Below, one piece after another: positions 53,473 to 64,000 of a stretch of DNA of 64,000 nucleotides. The DNA is from an uncultured Methanocellaceae archaeon (lineage in GTDB: Archaea; Halobacteriota; Methanocellia; Methanocellales; Methanocellaceae): contig CAWBVA010000006.1 of NCBI GenBank assembly GCA_963792125.1, forward strand, positions 35,811 to 99,810, read 5' to 3'. Both the position numbers and the translations under genes were made by a program. The notes below the pieces were generated by a model. The model saw nothing but the letters and a program-made list of their open reading frames with translations. It did no database searches and was not told where the DNA came from. Every line of letters begins with the position of its first letter. Within the stretch, counting starts at the first letter, position 1.

Positions 53473-54441
53473 TTATTTAGTTCCGTCGAGCATGATGTAT
53501 TCGCCGGTACTCTGGTCGACGATCGAGGGAGCCCGGATGAGGAAATCCCTGTGCGTCATACTGTTATTACGGCCGCCCGGCATGTCGGTGTTCTGGCCGA
53601 AAGCGATATGTGCCGTCCCGCAGGCCTTCTCGTCCTCCAGCATCAGCCCGGTGACCCGGGCTTTCGGGTTCAGGCCGATGCCGAACTCGCCGGCCAGCGA
53701 CGCGTCGGCGTCCACGGACAGCAACGTCTCCACCTCGCGGGCCATTGCCTCGTCCTTCGACCGTACCCGGACCACTTTGCCAGCCTCGATACTCAGGACC
53801 AGCGTCTCGCGCACCAGTCCCAGGTCACCGATGCTGCCGTCGCAGGCGATGGTGCCGTTCATGCTGTGTTCGACAGGGGCACACCATATCTCCCCGGCCG
53901 GCAGGTTGCCCATGTGACCGGGCCTTATGACAAGGTCATCGATGAACGCACGGCCGGTAATGCTGAAGGCGACGTCCGTCCCGCCGGGCGCGAGCAGCCG
54001 CACTGTGCTGACACTCCGGAACCGGTTCTTCAGCCGGGCTGCCGTCTGTCGTAACGCCTTGAAATCGACCGTCATGGCATGCTCGATCATGCCCATGTCG
54101 ATGTCAGGGGAATGACCGACCCGGGCGCCGTGCTTCGACTCCTCGTAGTGCAGGGCGATGCGAAACGGGGTCTCGTCGGCGTAACCCTTCAGCTGGTTGA
54201 AAAAGAGCCCGGGGCGGATTGTCTTCGCCATTATTTCCAGCTCGCGGGGTATCTCCCTTAGCGGGCGTCCGGTTTCAGGCAGGTGGTACGAGTGGACAAC
54301 AACGCCTTCGAGCTCCAGCGCGCGACGGGTGACGTCGCTGACCGGCGCTGCGTAGTCGTCGTAGACGATCAGGGCCACCTCGCCTTTTCTTATGCCCATG
54401 AGCTCTTTGAGGGAATCGCGCAGTGATACTGCGACACGCAT
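53473..54441 (-). CDS. M29-family (aminopeptidase T-like) metallopeptidase
   Basis: GNLPAGEI, AGEFGIGLNP, EDEK..GTAHIAFG, H.D. Confidence 0.88.
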   Translation of the reverse strand: MRVAVSLRDSLKELMGIRKGEVALIVYDDYAAPVSDVTRRALELEGVVVHSYHLPETGRPLREIPRELEIMAKTIRPGLFFNQLKGYADETPFRIALHYEESKHGARVGHSPDIDMGMIEHAMTVDFKALRQTAARLKNRFRSVSTVRLLAPGGTDVAFSITGRAFIDDLVIRPGHMGNLPAGEIWCAPVEHSMNGTIACDGSIGDLGLVRETLVLSIEAGKVVRVRSKDEAMAREVETLLSVDADASLAGEFGIGLNPKARVTGLMLEDEKACGTAHIAFGQNTDMPGGRNNSMTHRDFLIRAPSIVDQSTGEYIMLDGTK

Positions 54442-55962
54442 CGAGCAGCATCAGCGTCAGCTCCGATCATCAATACCTTCAGGCTTTTTTCGATCTCCTT
54501 GATAAGCGGGTGCTCGTCGATGCCGTAGTAGCCCAGGTTCCGGGCCATGCTGTCGCAGCCGAACTTCTGGCCGCTGCCCCACAGACCCCGCAGGTATCCG
54601 CCTGCGCCGCGGGCGCTCCACCACTCGGTGCCGAACTCCTCGGTCAGCACGCCCCGGAGCTGCACCTCGAACATCCAGGCACGGAGGTAGTCTGCGGCGT
54701 AGAGACCCATATCGAGGTCAAAGAGATACTGGTTCTCCGGGTGCTGGAACTTCAGCGCGTCGCCCAGGTACCGGGCATAGAGCTTCTCCGGGTGGTCTGC
54801 GCCGCCGTGCAGGTCCAGCTCATAGAGCAGCTTGGCCGCGTACCTGCGCACCATGAACAGCAGCTGGAAGGCAGTGAACTGCGTGACGTCGGAGAGCTCA
54901 TCGCCATTCAGCTTGAACTGCCGGTCCAGCCAGAATTTGTTGCCGGTAAGGTGCTCGAACAGGAACGCGTAGGTCTCTGACAGCCCGACATCACCAAGAT
55001 ACTTGAACTCGAAAGGCATAGCCGGCTGTACGTTGCCGAAGTGCTGGGCGTGGCCCATCTCGTGGAACAGCGCCCGGTAGTCGTCCATGCCGCCCTGGGG
55101 GCGGATGCACAGGACGACCTCGTCCGGGACCCGGATGCCGCTGCAGAAGGCCCGGGGCCGCTTTTTCTCCCTGATCTCGGCGTCCACGTGGATGTTGGGC
55201 TGGTCGCTGAGCTGCAGCCCCATGCCTTCGAGCGTCTGGCCGAGGACATTCATCATCGTGTCTGCGGCGAAGAACCGGTCGAACTCCTTTACCCGGAACA
55301 GGTAGCCGACGTCGTACTTCCTCACGTCAGACAGGCCGAGGTCGAGCACGTTCTTGCACATGTTACGGAAGTAGCGGGTATAGAGACGGTCCGTACGATA
55401 CAGGAAGTTCTGCATCTGCTCGCGCAGCGCGTAATAGTCGATACCCTTGGTGTCAGAGCACATGTCGATATAGTTATCATAGCCGAATTTTTCTGCGATT
55501 TCGTACGACCGATCGAGACGTTCCCGGAACAGCGGGTTCAGCCGGCCGAATACAGGCTCCCGGGCCAGGTCGATGGCTTCGCGCTTCCCGTGGTCGGGCT
55601 CGTTGGCCAGCACGGCCGGCACAGAGTGAAAAGAAATATTTTTACCGTCCACCTCGACCTCGGCCTTCGCCTGCAGCGCGTGGAGCTGGTCGTCGAGCCG
55701 CGTGATCTTCCGGCCCGCATAACCCCCGAGCAGGAACCCGTACAGGTACTCCATTCGCAGACGCTCGTCGTTCCTGCGTCGTTTCCCGGCGGTCGCGCAC
55801 GTCCATGATCAGGTCTTCGTCCTCGAAGATACGGCTGTAGCGGGCGTAGATGCTCTCCGTGTCGATGTCGTCCTTCTGGCCTGACAGGTGCTCGTACTGC
55901 TCCCTCTCGATCTCCTCATTGAACCTTTCCAGGTCCGTCCTGACTTTGTCAAGGTCTGCCAT
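54390..55962 (-). CDS. M3/M32-like gluzincin peptidase; frameshift near 55760
   Basis: KRPRAFC, LFHEMGHAQH, SETYAFLFE; the N-terminus MADLDKV is in another frame. Confidence 0.8.
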
Positions 55963-56280
55963 GCGATTTTCCCGCCTCTGTAAGCCACTGCCGTTCCGGG
56001 CAGGACTGACTGACAATGGTAGTATCCCGTCGCGTATAAGTTTTTCCATCCCGGAAACGCTGAAAGCAATCGAGCCTGTGTCGCCAGCCCGCCACACACA
56101 TATGCGCAGTACTGAGGCCACATAAACGGTTTGCTTTTGCCTGACATGACCCGACAATATATAATATTTATTTTATATGGTAGAAATAGCCAAATTAGCG
56201 TTTTTTATGCATTTTATTCCTTTTCTTATAGCATGGGAAAGCAAAAGATTATTTTATGGTAATTACATAATTGTATTTAG

Positions 56281-57483
56281 ATGCCACTCCCTCCGCTAAA
56301 TACCCAGGGGCTGCAGAAAGCCGCGAGGGACCACTATGAAAAGGGTTCCCACCTTTACCAGAGCAACAGGGTAGACGAGGCTATCGCCGAATTTACGGAG
56401 GCGCTGCAGGAGGACCGGAACTTCGCCCGGGCCCGGTTCGGGCTGGCGGCGTGCATGGAGCGGAAGAGCCGGTTCGACGAAGCGATCCGGGAGTACCAGG
56501 AGGGCCTGAAGGCAGACGGCAACAACGCGTCGGCGCACTTCGACTTCGGCAACCTTTTATACCGCACGGGCAGGGTCAACGAGGCCATCCGGCAGTACAT
56601 GATGGCACTGCTCATCGACCCGAAGTACGTTACGGCACGGTACATGCTCGGGAACTGTCTTGAGCGCAAGAACCTGCCGGCAGAGGCGCTGCAGGAGTAC
56701 CGGTACATCATCAAGACCAGCCCGACCTTCATCGACGCCCGCGTCTCGGCGGCACACTGTATGGAAAAACTGGGCCGCCTGCAGGACGCCATCGTCGAGT
56801 ACCAGGCCGTGCTCGACCTGGACGGGAGCCGGGTGGAGATACGACGGGCACTGGCCCGGCTGCTGGAGCGGGAAGGCCAGATCGGCGACGCCATCGAAGA
56901 GTACTACAGCATCATCGCCGTCAGCCCTGATTCCGTGGAATCCCGCCTGAGCCTGGCCGCGTGCCTCGAAAAGAAAGGCCGGATATACGAGGCGGTCAGG
57001 GAGTACGAGGAAGTGCAGCAACTCGACAGCAAGAACCAGCTGGCGATGACCAAGATTATCGGGCTCCGCCAGGCCAAGCAGCGGGTCGACGAGATCGTCG
57101 ACAAGTACATGACTCTCATGACCGTGCGCATGGGCAGAAAAGACCCGTACTTCACGCTAGGAATGGAGCTTTACAATAAAGGCCAGTTCGAGGACGCGCT
57201 GATCGAGTTCAGACAGTCCCAGTCGGCCAGCCCCCGCGTCCCGGAGACACACTTTGCCGCAGGGGCGTGCATCGTCCGCAAGGGCGCGTTCGACGTGGCC
57301 GTCTCCGAGTTCCTGGAGGCCGTCTGGCTGCACAATGACTTCGCGGAGGCACACACGATGCTGGGCATCCTCTATGAGCGGCAGGGACTGCTCTACGAGG
57401 CGTTCCAGGAATTCAGCGAGGCGCTGAAGATCAACCCGGAGATGGCCGAGGCCCGGTCCCGGCTCAAATCGGTGGTAGGATAA
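56281..57483 (+). CDS. Tetratricopeptide repeat protein
   Basis: About 10 repeats of the A...LG/LA......G...EAI.EY pattern. Confidence 0.92.
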   Translation: MPLPPLNTQGLQKAARDHYEKGSHLYQSNRVDEAIAEFTEALQEDRNFARARFGLAACMERKSRFDEAIREYQEGLKADGNNASAHFDFGNLLYRTGRVNEAIRQYMMALLIDPKYVTARYMLGNCLERKNLPAEALQEYRYIIKTSPTFIDARVSAAHCMEKLGRLQDAIVEYQAVLDLDGSRVEIRRALARLLEREGQIGDAIEEYYSIIAVSPDSVESRLSLAACLEKKGRIYEAVREYEEVQQLDSKNQLAMTKIIGLRQAKQRVDEIVDKYMTLMTVRMGRKDPYFTLGMELYNKGQFEDALIEFRQSQSASPRVPETHFAAGACIVRKGAFDVAVSEFLEAVWLHNDFAEAHTMLGILYERQGLLYEAFQEFSEALKINPEMAEARSRLKSVVG

Positions 57484-58070
57484 TATTAACAACGTTCACG
57501 CGTACAATCGGTTTTTTACATGTGCCTATATATGAAAACCACTAAATGAGACTCGTCAGATAACCGGAGCCCGGGTCAGGGATTAGACGATGAAAAAGCA
57601 TTGCCTGTCGTCGGCCGTGCGGAAACACAAGACCCTTGCAGGATCGGCCTCATGCACGCGACCGGCGCGGAGGCGGCATGCGATACCTGCCTGCCCACGC
57701 ACTGCGACGGAGAAACGGTCCGTCCGGGTGGCAGCCTTCATCCTGGCACTGAAGCGGGAGTCAGTATTACTGCATCGAAAACATTACACGGGATACGTTG
57801 CGAAATTCGGATAGCGATTGTCTATGTGGTTATGGCTTCGGAATTTGAGAGGTAACGCATCCCGGGTAACAATATTACCGCTGGGTCGAATAATGTAAAT
57901 ATTTTCCCTTCTGCCATTATCGTTTGATCTCCTGGCTATTGCCCATGTGATACCGGCGGCCCACGGGTATTTTCCGATGAACCCACAACCTCCGGGGCAT
58001 TACAAAAAATTTATTAACGATGTCATTATCTTATTTAGTAGGCCGTTAATGAACATGTACACGTGATCGC

Positions 58071-58192
58071 ACAGGATTTCCGTGGACATTACTGTAGGGG
58101 GCCTGAGGGCTCAATGCAACATTGCTACAGTATGTATTAAGCGCTTGATCATCCCGGCCGGGATTGATGATGCCAGGCGCAGGCAATCCTGT
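58071..58192 (+). promoter_or_regulatory. Candidate structured 5' leader upstream of the CNNM/CorC gene
   Basis: Nested stems acaggatt/aatcctgt, tactgtag/ctacagta, gcgcttg/caggcgc and atcatc/gatgat; ends just before the GGAG RBS. Confidence 0.5.
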
Positions 58193-58207
58193 AATGGAGA
58201 TTTATTA

Positions 58208-59539
58208 ATGTTCGAACTGTTGACAGAAATAATCGTCATCGTACTGCTGATATTGCTTAATGGCATCCTGGCGATGTCGGAGATAGCCATTATTTCTGTC
58301 CGCAAAGCCCGGCTCCAGCAATTGTCCAACGAGGGCAACGCCAGTGCCCGTGCGGCGCTCGATCTGGCAAAGTCCCCCGGCGACTTCCTGTCCACGATAC
58401 AGGTAGGCATCACCCTCGTGGGCGTGCTGGCAGGAGCGTTCGGTGGTGCGACGATCGCGGAAAAGTTCGTCCCTTACGTCAGTGCCATCCCGGCGCTTGC
58501 TCCATATAGCGAAGTGATAGCTATCGCCTCGGTAGTCATCGTCATCACATACCTGACGATAATCATAGGCGAGCTTGCCCCGAAAAGGATAGCCCTGAAT
58601 TATGCAGAACGGATATCGCTTTTGGTCGCATCGCCCATGCGCCTCCTGTCAAAGCTGGCGATGCCGATCGTCCGCCTGTTGAGCCTCTCGACTGAGGCGG
58701 TATTGTGGACGTTGAAGATAAAGCCGTCGACAGAGCCGACCGTGACCGAGGAAGAGATCAGGGTCATGATCAGCGAGGGCGCTGCGGCAGGGGTGTTCGA
58801 GGAAGCGGAAAGCGACATGGTCGAAAGCGTGTTCCGCCTGGGCGAGCGGCGGGTCAGCGCCATGATGGTGCCGCGCACAGATGTCACCGCGCTGTTCACT
58901 GACGACTCAGACGAAGAGATCAGGCATAAGATACTGGAGAGCGGCCACTCGAGCTTCCCGGTGTGCGAAGGCAGCCTGGATCATGTGCTGGGAGTCGTAT
59001 ACGCGAAAGACCTGTTGAACCGGTACATGGCGGGCCAGCCGACGGACATCAAGGCGGCTATGAAAGAACCCATGTTTATACCCGAAAGCATGCCTGCGAT
59101 GAAAGCGCTCGAGCTTTTCAAAAAATCGCGCAAGCACATTGCATTGATTATAGACGAATACGGTGGGATGCAGGGACTGATCACGATCCATGACATCATG
59201 GAGTCAGTCGTCGGGGAAATACCGGACATCGGCGGGCCCAGCGTGGTAAAGAGGGATAACGGTACGTGGCTGATCGACGGAATGCTGCCGATCGACGAGT
59301 TCAAGAACACATTCGATATCGACAGCCTGCCGGAAGAGGAGAGCGGGACTTTCCAGACACTGGGCGGCTTTGTCATGGCGTACCTGCACCGCATACCATC
59401 AGTCGGCAACCGCTTCACCGTCGGCGGCTATACATACGAGGTCGTGGACATGGACGGCCTGCGCGTCGACAAAGTGCTATTGACGCCGCGACCCCCGGAG
59501 GACCGGGACGATAAGAACGGTAATAACCGCCGGGATTGA
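58208..59539 (+). CDS. Hemolysin-family/CNNM (DUF21-CBS-CorC) metal transporter
   Basis: NGILAMSEIA, FLSTIQVGIT, GELAPK, MVPRTD, IDEYGG, TLGGF. Confidence 0.93.
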   Translation: MFELLTEIIVIVLLILLNGILAMSEIAIISVRKARLQQLSNEGNASARAALDLAKSPGDFLSTIQVGITLVGVLAGAFGGATIAEKFVPYVSAIPALAPYSEVIAIASVVIVITYLTIIIGELAPKRIALNYAERISLLVASPMRLLSKLAMPIVRLLSLSTEAVLWTLKIKPSTEPTVTEEEIRVMISEGAAAGVFEEAESDMVESVFRLGERRVSAMMVPRTDVTALFTDDSDEEIRHKILESGHSSFPVCEGSLDHVLGVVYAKDLLNRYMAGQPTDIKAAMKEPMFIPESMPAMKALELFKKSRKHIALIIDEYGGMQGLITIHDIMESVVGEIPDIGGPSVVKRDNGTWLIDGMLPIDEFKNTFDIDSLPEEESGTFQTLGGFVMAYLHRIPSVGNRFTVGGYTYEVVDMDGLRVDKVLLTPRPPEDRDDKNGNNRRD

Positions 59540-59676
59540 AACCGGGATATTTCCCCGGCCGCATTGCGGTGCACGCTAAAGCTATTTATGATATAAAACC
59601 TTGTAATCCGGTGCCGATAGAATATAAATAGCTTTAGCTCTTTGATACGAGTTGATTGCTTAGCAGAGGTATGATC

Positions 59677-62657
59677 ATGCCGTTCAGGGTCGAGATCGCG
59701 CTAAAGTCCGGGTACAGGGACGCCATTGGAGAAGGTATTAAGAACTCCATAAAAAACAGCCTTGACATAGGAGTGGACGATGTCCGCACTATCAAGGTAT
59801 ATACAGTCAACGCCAGCCTTACAGACGATGAGAAGAAAGAGATAGCTTCAGGTCCGTTCTCTGACGCCATCGTCCAGAAGTACTCCGTCGACGCGCCGCT
59901 GGCCGCCGGCTTCGACTGGCTCGTCGAGGTCGGGTTCCGCCCCGGCGTCACGGACAACGAGGGCCGCACCGGCCGTGAGGCTATAGAAGACCGGCTGGGC
60001 CGGAAGCTGGCAGGGACGAGTCGGTCCACACGTCCATGCAGTATCTCATTAACGGTAACCTCACCCGCGCGCAGGTCGAGACCATCTGCAAGCAATTGTT
60101 AGGCAACGAGCTCATCGAGCGGTTCGAGGTCGTGGACGGCCGGTCATGGGACGCCAGGAAAGGCCTCGAAGCGAAGGTGCCGCTGGTCCGGGACCCCCAC
60201 AAGCCGCGGGTCGCGGAAGTCAACCTGGACGTCTCCGACGCGGAACTGACGGCCATCAGCCGGAAGGGCACGCTGGCGCTGACGCTGGACGAGATGAAGA
60301 CGCTGCGGGCATATTTCCGGAAGCCGGAGGTACTCGCAGAGCGCAAGAAGATGGGACTCGGGCCGAACCCGACGGACGTCGAGCTGGAGACGCTGGCGCA
60401 GACCTGGAGCGAGCACTGCAAGCATAAAATTTTCAATGCCGATATCGACTACGTCGAGGATGGCAAACATACCCCCGTGAAAAGCCTTTTCAAGACTTAT
60501 ATCCGTGGATCGACGGACGAGATCGGGAAGCACGCCGACTGGCTGGTCTCCATGTTCAAGGACAACGCCGGCGTCGTGCGGTTCACCGACGGCTACAACG
60601 TGGCCATCAAGGTCGAGACGCATAACAGTCCCTCGGCGCTGGACCCCTACGGCGGCGCGATCACAGGCATCGTAGGTGTAGACCGCGACCCGGCCGGCAC
60701 AGGCCTTGGCTCCAAACTCATCGCTCACACGAATGTCCTCTGTTTTGCATCGCCTTATTACGACGGTCCGCTGCCGCCCCGCATTTTCCACCCCCGCCGC
60801 ATCATGGAAGGCGTGGTCCGGGGCATCAAGGACGGCGGCAACAAGTGCGGCATCCCGACCATAAACGGTGCCGTCCTGTTCGACGACCGGTATAAGGGCA
60901 AGCCGCTGGTCTACTGCGGCTCCATCGGCCTGATGCCGGCCGTGGTGAACGGTAAGCCGTCCCACGAGAAAGCCGCGTTGCCCGGCGACCTGATCGTCAT
61001 GGTCGGCGGCCGGATAGGCAAGGACGGCATCCACGGGGCCACGTTCTCGTCGGAAGAGCTGCACGAGGGCTCCCCGGCGACGGCCGTGCAGATCGGCGAC
61101 CCGATCACCCAGAAGAAGATGCTGGACATGCTCCTCGAAGCGAGGGACATGGGCCTGTACAACTGCACCACCGACAATGGCGCCGGCGGCCTGTCCTCGT
61201 CGGTCGGCGAGACGGCCCAGTCGTCAGGCGGCTGCGAGCTGCATTTAGAGAAAGCGCCACTGAAGTACCATGGCCTGGACCCGTGGGAGATACTGCTGTC
61301 CGAAGCCCAGGAGCGGATGACGCTGGCCGTGCCGCAGGGCAGGCTCGGCGCGTTCCTCGATCTCTGCCGTCGCAGGGGCGTGGAGGCCACGGTGCTGGGC
61401 AACTTCACAGACAGTGGCAAGTTCCACGTGCTCTATGACGGCAGGACAGTCGCCTGCATCGACATGAGCTTCATGCACGAAGGTCTCCCGCCGATGAAAC
61501 TCGAGGCCGAGTGGAAGGCGCCGAAGCACTCCGAGCCGGAGCTGCCGGAAGAAGGCCTGACAGGCTACCTGAACCAGCTCATGTCCGAGCTGAACATCGC
61601 CAGCAAGGAATGGGTTATCCGCCAGTACGACCATGAAGTCCAGGGCGGCTCCGTGATCAAGCCACTGACCGGCATAGCCAATGACGGGCCGAGCGACGCG
61701 GGCGTCGTCAGGCCGCTGCTGGACAGCATGGCAGGCATCGCGGTCTCGAATGGCATCAACCCGTTCTACGGGGACATCGACACTTATCACATGACGGCCT
61801 GCGCCATCGACGAAGCGATACGAAACATTATTGCAGTCGGCGGCAGCCTGAAACAGATCGCGCTGCTCGACAACTTCTGCTGGTGCGACCCGGTCTACGA
61901 CCCGGAGAAGACGCCGGACGGCAAGTACAAGCTGGCGCAGCTCGTGCGGTCGAACCGGGCGTTATACGATTATACGACGGCCTTCGGGACGCCCTGCATC
62001 TCCGGCAAGGACTCGATGAAGAACGACTACAAGCTGAAGGACGAGAAAGGCCAGGAGTTCAAGATCTCTATACCTCCGACCGTCCTGTTCTCCGCGGTGG
62101 GCCTTGTCCCCGACGTGCGAAAGTGCGTGACCATGGACGCCAAGATGCCGGGCGACGTCGTCTATGCGGTCGGCATGACAAAAGACGAGCTGGGCGGGTC
62201 CCGGTTCTACTCGCTCCTGGGCCACGTGGGCAACAATGTGCCGAAAGTAGACGCAAAGATGGCAAAGAAGACCTATGATTCACTCTCGAATGCCATCGAC
62301 GCCGGGCTCGTCGCCTCGTGCCACGACTGTTCCGACGGCGGCCTCGCGGTCGCGTTAGCCGAGACTGCATTCGCAGGAGGCCTGGGCATGGACATCGACC
62401 TGAACCGCGTACCGACGGAGCGCCTCAACAAGGACGCCCAGGTGCTCTTCTCGGAGTCGGCCAGCCGGTTCGTCGTCACGGTATCGACGAACAACGCGGC
62501 GGCCTTCGAGCGGGCCATGGAAGGCGTGCCCTGCGCGATGATCGGTGCGGTCCGGGACGACGAACGGTTCCTCATCAGAGGGCTGAGCGGCACACGCGTC
62601 ATCGACACGATGGCCGGGGCGCTGAAAGAATCATGGCAATTCCCGCTAAGGTGGTAA
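59677..62657 (+). CDS. purL: FGAM synthase subunit PurL with N-terminal PurS-like domains; frameshift near 60015
   Basis: TWSEHCKH, KVETHNSPS, GIHGATFSS, DNGAGG, LLSEAQERM, QYDHEV, HDCSDGG. Confidence 0.95.
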
Positions 62658-62659
62658 TA

Positions 62660-63493
62660 ATGGCAGTCAAATCTCTGGTCATCACCGGCTACGGCATCAA
62701 CTGCGAATACGAGACGGCTTATGCCAATACGCTCGCCGGTGCCGAGGCGACTATCGCTCATATCAACGACGTGATCGACGGGCTGTACCGGCTTGAAGAC
62801 TACCAGATACTGAACTTCCCCGGCGGCTGGTCTTTCGGCGACGACCTGGGCAGCGGCAAAGTATTCGTAAACAAGCTGCTCTACGCGAAGACGCCGACCG
62901 GCCCTCTCGCAGACCAGATACTGAAGTTCATAGACGATGGCAAACTCGTCATAGGCATTTGCAACGGCTTCCAGATACTGGTGAAGATGGGCCTGCTCCC
63001 CGCATTAGACAAGGACTACAAGACACAGTCATGTACCCTGTTCTTCAACGACCACGGGTTCAGGGATTCATGGGTGAAGCTTAAAGTGAACGGGCAGTCG
63101 CCGTGCGTCTTCACGAAAGGAATAGAAATGCTGGACGCGCCCATCCGTCATGGCGAGGGCAAGTTTATCCCGGCAAACAGGCAGCTGCTGGACCGCCTGA
63201 CGCGGAACGGCCAGGTCGTAATGCAGTACGTCGACCGGTTCGGCCGGCCGACGCAGAGCTTCCCGGAGAACCCCAACGGCTCCATGGAAGCGATCGCGGG
63301 CATCTGCGACGAGACAGGCAGAGTATTCGGGCTGATGCCCCACCCTGAGGCGTTCAACCACATCACGAACCACCCCCACTACACGCGCATGCGGGAAGAG
63401 GCGGCGCGGAAGAAGCTGACGCTGAAGGAAGAGGGCGACGGCATACAGATATGGCGTAATGCCGTGGAGTACGCACAGCAAAAGCTGGTATAA
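62660..63493 (+). CDS. purQ: FGAM synthase glutaminase subunit PurQ
   Basis: GINCEYET, GGWSFGD, GICNGFQ, HGEGK, NPNGS, GLMPHPE. Confidence 0.95.
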   Translation: MAVKSLVITGYGINCEYETAYANTLAGAEATIAHINDVIDGLYRLEDYQILNFPGGWSFGDDLGSGKVFVNKLLYAKTPTGPLADQILKFIDDGKLVIGICNGFQILVKMGLLPALDKDYKTQSCTLFFNDHGFRDSWVKLKVNGQSPCVFTKGIEMLDAPIRHGEGKFIPANRQLLDRLTRNGQVVMQYVDRFGRPTQSFPENPNGSMEAIAGICDETGRVFGLMPHPEAFNHITNHPHYTRMREEAARKKLTLKEEGDGIQIWRNAVEYAQQKLV

Positions 63494-63600
63494 TAGCGAT
63501 GCTGGCAGTCTGCCGCATTGCTACTCTTTTTTATTGAAGTCTGCCGGATACCGTAACATTAATAGGCGCATCGCATGATTGTTATAGCTTGGTGAAAGCT

Positions 63601-63962
63601 ATGGTAGAGGACATTATCGTTGTCAGCACCCCGTACGTCCCGGGGTACAAGATCACGCAGAACTTAGGGTTCACCTGGGGTCTGGTCGTCAGGAGCCGGG
63701 GCATCGGAGGGAACATGGTCGCAGGGCTGAGGACCGTCTTCGGCGGCGAAATCCACGAGTACACGGAACTCCTGAACCAGTCGAGAGGACAGGCGCTGGA
63801 CCGGCTGAAGGCGAACGCCGGACGATGGGCGCCAACGCGATCATAGGCGTGGACTTCGACTCCTCGGAGATCGGGCAGACCATGACCGAAGTGCTCGCTA
63901 TGGGCACCGCCGTGATCGTCGAGAAGGAGACTGCGCCGATCAACCCGGTGCGGCTCGAGTAA
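63601..63962 (+). CDS. YbjQ/UPF0145-family protein; frameshift near 63820
   Basis: VPGYKI..LG...GGEIHEYTELL; shifted frame MGANAIIGVDFD...AMGTAV. Confidence 0.88.
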
Positions 63963-64000
63963 AATCTTTTATTTCTTTTTTTCAGCCTTAACTTGTATCG

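Noticed and set aside
57590-57855. Small ORFs between the TPR and CNNM genes
   Set aside because: No recognisable motif or codon bias; cannot be supported.
1-64000. CRISPR array, tRNA/rRNA genes, transposase, integrase or intein
   Set aside because: No regularly spaced repeats, tRNA T-loop signatures or catalytic motifs were seen; rfcS has normal length.

Overview
Archaeal chromosomal window. Gene content and order suggest a Methanocella-like methanogen (inference): the rpl12-rplP0-rpl1-rpl11-spt5-secE-ftsZ1-dtdA cluster, a second ftsZ, rfcS, purL/purQ, three phenylacetate-CoA-ligase-family genes with an ACT protein, a secreted S8 protease, a FecCD-type ABC transporter, peptidases and regulators. 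Many genes, including essential ones (rpl1, rplP0, ftsZ2, purL), carry single-base frameshifts, most likely assembly indel errors. I saw no tRNA, rRNA, CRISPR array or transposase. The most unusual signals are: (1) a ~610-700 bp imperfect palindrome at ~35.1-35.7 kb made of two inverted, hairpin-rich ~290 bp units, next to a wHTH-like orphan gene; (2) a duplicated module of a small secreted beta-rich protein gene and a divergent ArsR-type regulator, with a shared ~32 nt leader, at 14.7-17.6 kb; (3) a multi-stem 5' leader ahead of a CNNM/CorC metal-transporter gene; (4) other structured leaders (ftsZ2, rpl1) and two families of dispersed intergenic motifs. All family assignments come from motif recognition by eye, not database searches.
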